A DNA stretch of 32,000 nucleotides, from positions 2,010,001-2,042,000 of the forward strand of contig NC_014034.1 of the NCBI RefSeq assembly GCF_000021865.1. Direction: 5' to 3'. The DNA comes from Rhodobacter capsulatus SB 1003 (GTDB taxonomy: Bacteria > Pseudomonadota > Alphaproteobacteria > Rhodobacterales > Rhodobacteraceae). This document shows, piece after piece, positions 27,135-32,000 of this stretch. Numbering within the stretch: position 1 is the first letter of the stretch; each line of letters begins with the position of its first letter. The position numbers and the translations under genes were made by a program. The notes under the pieces were generated by a model. That model searched no databases, was not told the origin of the DNA, and saw nothing but the letters and a program-made list of their open reading frames with translations.

Positions 27135-27794
27135 ATGCCCGAAGTGATCTTCCCCGGCCCCGAAGGCCGTCTCGAAGGCCGTTACCATCCGCAGCCCGCC
27201 CCCGATGCGCCCATTGCGATCATCCTGCACCCCGATCCGCAATATGGCGGCACGATGAACAACCGTGTTGTCTATAATCTGCATTATGCCTTCCACAAAC
27301 TCGGTTTCACCGTGCTGCGCTTCAACTTCCGCGGTGTGGGGCGCAGCCAGGGCGAATATGATCAGGGCATCGGGGAACTCTCCGACGCGGCCTCGGCGCT
27401 GGATTATCTGCAAGCGATGAACCCGAATTCGAAACATTGCTGGGTTGCGGGCTTTTCCTTTGGCGCCTGGATCGGCATGCAGCTCCTGATGCGGCGGCCG
27501 GAAATCACCGGCTTCGTCTCGGTGGCGCCGCCCGCCAACATCTACGATTTCTCCTTCCTTGCGCCCTGCCCGTCTTCGGGTCTGATCATCAACGGCAGCG
27601 CCGACCGCATCGCCCCGCCGAAGGACACGGCGACGCTGGTGGGCAAGCTGCGCGAGCAGAAGGGCATCACCATCACCCATCAGGAAGTCGAGGGCGCCGA
27701 CCACTTCTTCAAGGATGACGAGGCCCATATGAAACCGATGATCGAGTCGGTTCAGACCTATGTCCGCCGTCGCCTGACCGAGGGCTCGCGATAA
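27135..27794 (+). CDS. Alpha/beta hydrolase (COG2945-like)
   Basis: Start at ATG 27135 (MPEVIFPGPEGRLEGRY). Nucleophile elbow GFSFG. 219 aa. Confidence 0.85.
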   Translation: MPEVIFPGPEGRLEGRYHPQPAPDAPIAIILHPDPQYGGTMNNRVVYNLHYAFHKLGFTVLRFNFRGVGRSQGEYDQGIGELSDAASALDYLQAMNPNSKHCWVAGFSFGAWIGMQLLMRRPEITGFVSVAPPANIYDFSFLAPCPSSGLIINGSADRIAPPKDTATLVGKLREQKGITITHQEVEGADHFFKDDEAHMKPMIESVQTYVRRRLTEGSR

Positions 27795-27795
27795 G

Positions 27796-28023
27796 ATGGC
27801 GCTGACCGAGGATCTGGCCGAGGCGCTCGCCCGCGACGTGATCGCGGCGCAGCGCGAGCTGGGCGACAAGGCCGACCGGTTGTTCATGGAGGTGGGCAAT
27901 TACATCGGCACCTCCTCGCCCTCGATGCAGGAGGCCTTCATGACCGCCTGCCGCGCCTATATGGCCGCCGACCGCGGCCGCGACTTCTTCGAGACGCGGC
28001 TGAAGGCGCTCAAGGGCGCATGA
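27796..28023 (+). CDS. Small acidic helical protein (unknown function)
   Basis: 75 aa with very high third-position GC. The ATG lies 1 nt after the hydrolase stop, and the stop overlaps the HD gene start (ATGA). Confidence 0.7.
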   Translation: MALTEDLAEALARDVIAAQRELGDKADRLFMEVGNYIGTSSPSMQEAFMTACRAYMAADRGRDFFETRLKALKGA

Positions 28024-28631
28024 GCGAGACGGTCAAGGCGGGGCGCCGCGATCAGCTTTTCGCCTTCCTGCTCGAAGTCGAAAAGCTGAAATCGGTCACC
28101 CGGGCGACGCCGATCCATGACGGCTCGCGGCACGAAAACTCGGCCGAGCACAGCTGGACGCTGGCGCTTTATGCGCTGGTTCTGGCCGAGGAAGCGGCGC
28201 CCGGCGTCGATCCCCTGCGCGCGGTCAAGATGCTTTTGATCCACGACCTCGTGGAAATCGACGTGGGCGATGTGCCGATCCATTCCGCGGGCGGCACAGC
28301 CCATGGGTCGACCGCGATCCAAGGCGCCGAGGCCGCAGCCGCCAAGCGCATTTTTGGCCTTTTGCCCAAGGATTTGGGCGACGATCTTCAGGCGCTTTGG
28401 GAAGAATTCGAAGCCGCTGAAACCCCCACCGCGATCTATGCGAAATCGCTCGACCGGGTGCAGCCGGTGCTGCTGAACCAACTTTCGGGCGGCGGCTCGT
28501 GGCTCGATTATGACGTCACCTGGGACCAGCTTCAGACCCGCGTCGGCACCAAGGTCGCCCGCGGTCTGCCCGGCGTCTGGGACTGGGTGCAGGCGAAGAT
28601 CCGCCCCTGGTTCAGCGCCCGCGGCCTCTGA
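28020..28631 (+). CDS. HD-domain phosphohydrolase (YfbR-type 5'-nucleotidase-like)
   Basis: 203 aa. ENSAEHSW and [12 protein letters not shown] metal-site motifs. Confidence 0.85.
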   Translation: MSETVKAGRRDQLFAFLLEVEKLKSVTRATPIHDGSRHENSAEHSWTLALYALVLAEEAAPGVDPLRAVKMLLIHDLVEIDVGDVPIHSAGGTAHGSTAIQGAEAAAAKRIFGLLPKDLGDDLQALWEEFEAAETPTAIYAKSLDRVQPVLLNQLSGGGSWLDYDVTWDQLQTRVGTKVARGLPGVWDWVQAKIRPWFSARGL

Positions 28632-28723
28632 GCCGAAATCGGTATGCAATCGCATACAAGGCTAGCCAAACCCGCGAAAACCCGCTAAAAAGCGGCAACG
28701 AGTCACCAAGGCATGAGGGCCCA

Positions 28724-29938
28724 ATGTCGAAGATCAAGGTAGCGAATCCCATCGTCGAGATGGACGGCGACGAGATGACCCGGATCATCTGGGATTTCAT
28801 CAAGAAAAAGCTGATCCTGCCCTATCTTGACGTCGACCTTCTCTATTACGATCTCGGCATCGAGGAACGCGACCGCACCAACGACCAGATCACCATCGAT
28901 TCCGCGCTGAAGACGAAAGAGGTCGGCGTGGCGGTGAAATGCGCCACGATCACCCCCGACGAGGCCCGGGTGGCCGAATTCAACCTCAAGCAGATGTGGA
29001 AATCGCCCAACGGCACGATCCGCAACATCCTCGGCGGCGTGATCTTCCGCGAGCCGATCATCTGCAAGAACGTGCCGCGCCTGGTGCCGGGCTGGACCCA
29101 GCCGATCGTGATCGGCCGTCACGCCTTTGGCGATCAATACCGCGCCACCGATTTCCACTTCCCCGGCAAGGGCACGCTGACGATGAAATTCGTCGGCGAG
29201 GATGGCACGGTGATCGAAAAGACCGTCTTTGACGCCCCCGCCGCCGGGGTGGCGATGGGGATGTACAACCTCGACCAGTCGATCATCGACTTCGCCCGCT
29301 CCTCGATGAACTATGGCCTGCTCAAGGGCTGGCCGGTCTATCTATCGACCAAGAACACCATCCTCAAGGCCTATGACGGCCGCTTCAAGGATCTGTTCCA
29401 GAAGGTCTACGAGGAAGAATTCGCCGACAAGTTCAAGGCCGCGGGCATCCATTACGAACACCGTCTGATCGACGACATGGTGGCTTCGGCGCTGAAATGG
29501 TCGGGCGGCTATGTCTGGGCCTGCAAGAACTACGATGGCGACGTGCAGTCGGACACCGTGGCACAGGGCTTCGGCTCGCTGGGCCTGATGACCTCGGTTC
29601 TGATGACGCCCGATGGCAAGATCGTCGAGGCCGAGGCCGCGCATGGCACCGTCACCCGTCACTATCGCCAGCATCAGGCCGGCAAGGAGACCTCGACGAA
29701 CTCGATCGCCTCGATCTTCGCCTGGACCGGCGGCCTCAAGCATCGCGCGAAGCTCGACGACAACGCGGCGCTGATGAACTTTGCCCAGACGCTGGAAAAG
29801 GTCTGCGTGCAGACCGTCGAAGACGGCTTCATGACCAAGGATCTGTCGCTTCTGGTCGGCCCCGATCAGAAATGGCTGACCACCATGGGCTATCTGGAAA
29901 AGGTCGACGAATATCTGAACAAGGCGCTGGCGGGCTGA
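28724..29938 (+). CDS. icd: NADP-dependent isocitrate dehydrogenase (homodimeric, eukaryote-like subfamily)
   Basis: 404 aa. [24 protein letters not shown]-terminus, [21 protein letters not shown]. Confidence 0.97.
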   Translation: MSKIKVANPIVEMDGDEMTRIIWDFIKKKLILPYLDVDLLYYDLGIEERDRTNDQITIDSALKTKEVGVAVKCATITPDEARVAEFNLKQMWKSPNGTIRNILGGVIFREPIICKNVPRLVPGWTQPIVIGRHAFGDQYRATDFHFPGKGTLTMKFVGEDGTVIEKTVFDAPAAGVAMGMYNLDQSIIDFARSSMNYGLLKGWPVYLSTKNTILKAYDGRFKDLFQKVYEEEFADKFKAAGIHYEHRLIDDMVASALKWSGGYVWACKNYDGDVQSDTVAQGFGSLGLMTSVLMTPDGKIVEAEAAHGTVTRHYRQHQAGKETSTNSIASIFAWTGGLKHRAKLDDNAALMNFAQTLEKVCVQTVEDGFMTKDLSLLVGPDQKWLTTMGYLEKVDEYLNKALAG

Positions 29939-29962
29939 TCTGCCGGATCTTTTCAAAACTGC

Positions 29963-29990
29963 AAGGGCCGGGATTTCCCGGCCCTTTTTC
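29963..29990. terminator. Bidirectional intrinsic terminator between icd and the DUF1127 gene
   Basis: GGGCCGGG (29965-72) / CCCGGCCC (29977-84), loop ATTT. TTTTT follows on the plus strand and TTTT follows on the minus strand. Confidence 0.75.
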
Positions 29991-30015
29991 AATGCCTTGC
30001 GATGCGCTTTGCATG

Positions 30016-30252
30016 TCAGAAGCCGAAATGCGTCCAATGCGGCATCGGCGGCGCGGGCCCGCGCGGCGGCAGGCCGATGTCTTTCCGCATGTGGTCGTCC
30101 ATCTCGGAAAAGCGGGCGGCAAGGCCCCGGTTGCGCTGGTGGGTGACAAGCGCGGCAACAAGGCTCAGCAGCACCCGCCGCGGGCCATGCGCCGCCAGCA
30201 GCGTTTCAAGATCAAGTTTCAGCGACAGCGCGAAGTCATCGGTTCTGGTCAT
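30016..30252 (-). CDS. DUF1127 small protein
   Basis: Start at ATG 30252, with SD GGAAAGGA. 78 aa. C-terminal signature FSEMDDHMRKDIGL, typical of DUF1127. Confidence 0.75.
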   Translation of the reverse strand: MTRTDDFALSLKLDLETLLAAHGPRRVLLSLVAALVTHQRNRGLAARFSEMDDHMRKDIGLPPRGPAPPMPHWTHFGF

Positions 30253-30639
30253 GTCCTTTCCGGTGCGGATCGGCACCGGCCTCTGGGTTGGGATGGAAAA
30301 AGACCGGAACGGCCAGGGGCCAGACGCAGGCGTGGGGGGATCCGGTCGAAGGTCAGACGTTGTGCAAAAGCACCCGGGGCGGATGGCTTACGCGGTATGG
30401 CGCGTGCCAAAGACGGCGGCCGCAAAGGCGCGCCATAAGTGAGCCCACCCGGTTCGGAGGGTTGGATGCATAAATCGTCATGATCCGCCCTCCCTGTCTG
30501 AATTGCCGGATGCGGGCAAAATGCACGCGCCCCCGAGTCGCGCCAAGAAAAAAGCCGCACGCCGGGCTTGACACACCCGGGCCGTGTCCGCGCGGCCACA
30601 GCCCCTTGCCCGAGACCGCGGGGCATGAGAAAAGCCCGC

Positions 30640-31257
30640 ATGACCGAAATCATCGCCGAAAACCCCGTCGAACACACGCTGCTGGATGATGTCCAGGGCA
30701 TCGCCTATGGCACGACCATGGCCGCCTTCGGCATCGTGCTGCTCACCCATCTGGGTCTTGTCACCGGCCAGACCGCGGGGCTTGCGGTCCTGATCAGCTA
30801 TGCCACCGGCTGGGGCTTCGGGCCGGTCTTCTTCGCGATCAACATTCCCTTTTACTGGTTCGGCTACCGGCGCATGGGGCTGGGTTTCGTGATCAAGACC
30901 TTCCTTTCGGTCGCGGCGCTGTCGGCGCTGGCCGCCTTCCTGCCCGGCTACATCAATTTCGCCAATGTCAACCCGATCGTCGGCACGGTGATCTTCGGCT
31001 TTCTCTCCGGCTCTGCCTTGCTTGCGCTTTTCCGCCACGGTGCCAGCCTGGGCGGCGTCGGGATCATGGCGCTTTACCTGCAGGACCGCACCGGCTTTCG
31101 CGCCGGCTGGACGCAGCTGATCTTTGACGCCTGCGTCTTCGGCCTCGCCCTCACCCTGCGCGACTGGAAGACCGTCGCGATCTCGGCGCTCGGCGCGCTC
31201 GTCATCAACATCGTCATTGCAATGAACCACCGCCGCGACCGCTACATCGCCACCTGA
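30640..31257 (+). CDS. YitT-family membrane protein
   Basis: Start at ATG 30640 (MTEIIAENPVEH), 205 aa. LVTGQTAGLAVLISYATG and NHRRDRYI motifs shared with the next gene. Confidence 0.85.
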   Translation: MTEIIAENPVEHTLLDDVQGIAYGTTMAAFGIVLLTHLGLVTGQTAGLAVLISYATGWGFGPVFFAINIPFYWFGYRRMGLGFVIKTFLSVAALSALAAFLPGYINFANVNPIVGTVIFGFLSGSALLALFRHGASLGGVGIMALYLQDRTGFRAGWTQLIFDACVFGLALTLRDWKTVAISALGALVINIVIAMNHRRDRYIAT

Positions 31258-31296
31258 TCCGTTGACAGGACAGCCCTTCTGACGCATATTAACGTC

Positions 31297-31908
31297 ATGA
31301 GTGCTGACCCATCCCCCCGCCGCTACACGCTCTTCGAAGATGCCCAAGGGCTCGTCCTCGCCTCGGCACAGGCGGCGCTGGGCATTCACCTGTTGCGCGC
31401 GGCGGGGCTGGTGACGGGCGGCACCGCGGGCACGGCGCTGATCCTGTCCTACGCCACCGGGCTCAATTTCTCGGCGCTGTTCTTCGGGCTCAACATCCCC
31501 TTTTTCGCGCTGGCCTTCCGGGCGCGCGGCCCCGTCTTTTGCGCGAAATCACTGGTCACCGTCAGCTTCGTCTCGATCCTGGCCGAGGCGCTCAAACCCG
31601 TCCTTGTCCTGCAAACGATCCACCCCGCCGCTGCGGCGCTTTTGTTCGGCGTCTCGGCGGGGGTCGGGCTTTTGGGCCTGTTCCGTCATTCCGGCACCTT
31701 GGGCGGCGTCTCGATCGTCGCGCTGATCGTGCAGGACCGCTACGGCTGGCGCGCGGGCCATGTGCAGCTCGCCCATGACCTGATCCTCTTTGCCATCGCC
31801 AGCCTGATCCTGCCGCTCGACCGGATCGGCTGGTCATTGCTCGGCGCCGTCGTTCTGAACTTCGTCATCGCCTTCAACCACCGCCGCGACTGGTATATCG
31901 TGTCGTGA
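31297..31908 (+). CDS. YitT-family membrane protein (tandem paralog)
   Basis: 203 aa. LVTGGTAGTALILSYATG, FRHSGTLGGVSIVAL, NHRRDWYI. By eye about 40% identical to the preceding gene. Confidence 0.85.
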   Translation: MSADPSPRRYTLFEDAQGLVLASAQAALGIHLLRAAGLVTGGTAGTALILSYATGLNFSALFFGLNIPFFALAFRARGPVFCAKSLVTVSFVSILAEALKPVLVLQTIHPAAAALLFGVSAGVGLLGLFRHSGTLGGVSIVALIVQDRYGWRAGHVQLAHDLILFAIASLILPLDRIGWSLLGAVVLNFVIAFNHRRDWYIVS

Positions 31909-32000
31909 TGAAACCCTATCTTTACCTTCTCATCGCGGTGCTGTTCGAGACCTTCGGCTCCACCTGCCTGCAGGCCTCGAACCAGTTCACCCGGCTCTGG
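31908..32000 (+). CDS. SMR-family (EmrE/QacE-like) transporter, N-terminal fragment
   Basis: The ATG at 31908 overlaps the preceding TGA (TGATG). Reads MKPYLYLLIAVLFETFGSTCLQASNQFTRLW, with the conserved membrane Glu at position 14. Runs off the window end. Confidence 0.8.
   Translation, partial: MKPYLYLLIAVLFETFGSTCLQASNQFTRLW

Noticed and set aside
26466-27899. 477-aa ORF suggesting a large protein ending in the Rrf2 domain
   Set aside because: Only the last 152 codons (from ATG 26924) look like a real protein. The upstream part crosses the promoter region and runs antisense to the well-supported alpha/beta hydrolase gene.

Overview
High-GC alphaproteobacterial chromosome segment. Gene content and order look like Rhodobacteraceae (Rhodobacter/Cereibacter type). 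It is a dense housekeeping core with no transposase, integrase cassette, prophage, CRISPR array or clear island boundary. Gene order: a partial small secreted Cys-rich ORF; guaA; aroK-aroB; a membrane-anchored Pro/Ala-rich protein coupled to xerD; a CNNM/CorC transporter; lipA; a divergent HTH+DUF6456 / DUF6477 pair; a HerA-like DUF853 ATPase; an IalB-family protein; a minus-strand envelope cluster (LdtD-like L,D-transpeptidase, LpxD paralog, dedicated ACP, KAS) divergent from a MepK/YcbK-like peptidase; tRNA-Arg(CCG); a Rhodobacter-type isc-suf operon (iscR, NifS/IscS-like desulfurase, sufB, methyltransferase-like gene, sufC, sufD, two membrane proteins, sufS); an alpha/beta hydrolase, small protein and HD hydrolase module; icd; a DUF1127 gene; two tandem YitT paralogs; and the start of an SMR transporter. 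Best candidates for new biology: (1) the LpxD-paralog/ACP/KAS cassette with no reductase, a possible route to the amide-linked 3-oxo-acyl chains of Rhodobacter lipid A; (2) the HTH-DUF6456 (GafA-like) / DUF6477 pair, whose intergenic region is packed with motifs including a near-consensus CtrA box; (3) one or two orphan sRNA-like units in the 445-bp gap upstream of the IalB gene; (4) uncharacterised accessory genes and an intercistronic hairpin in the suf operon. Two genes (xerD, mepK-like) show frame anomalies at G/C or T runs that need resequencing. Most long ORFs in the supplied track are antisense shadow ORFs typical of high-GC DNA.
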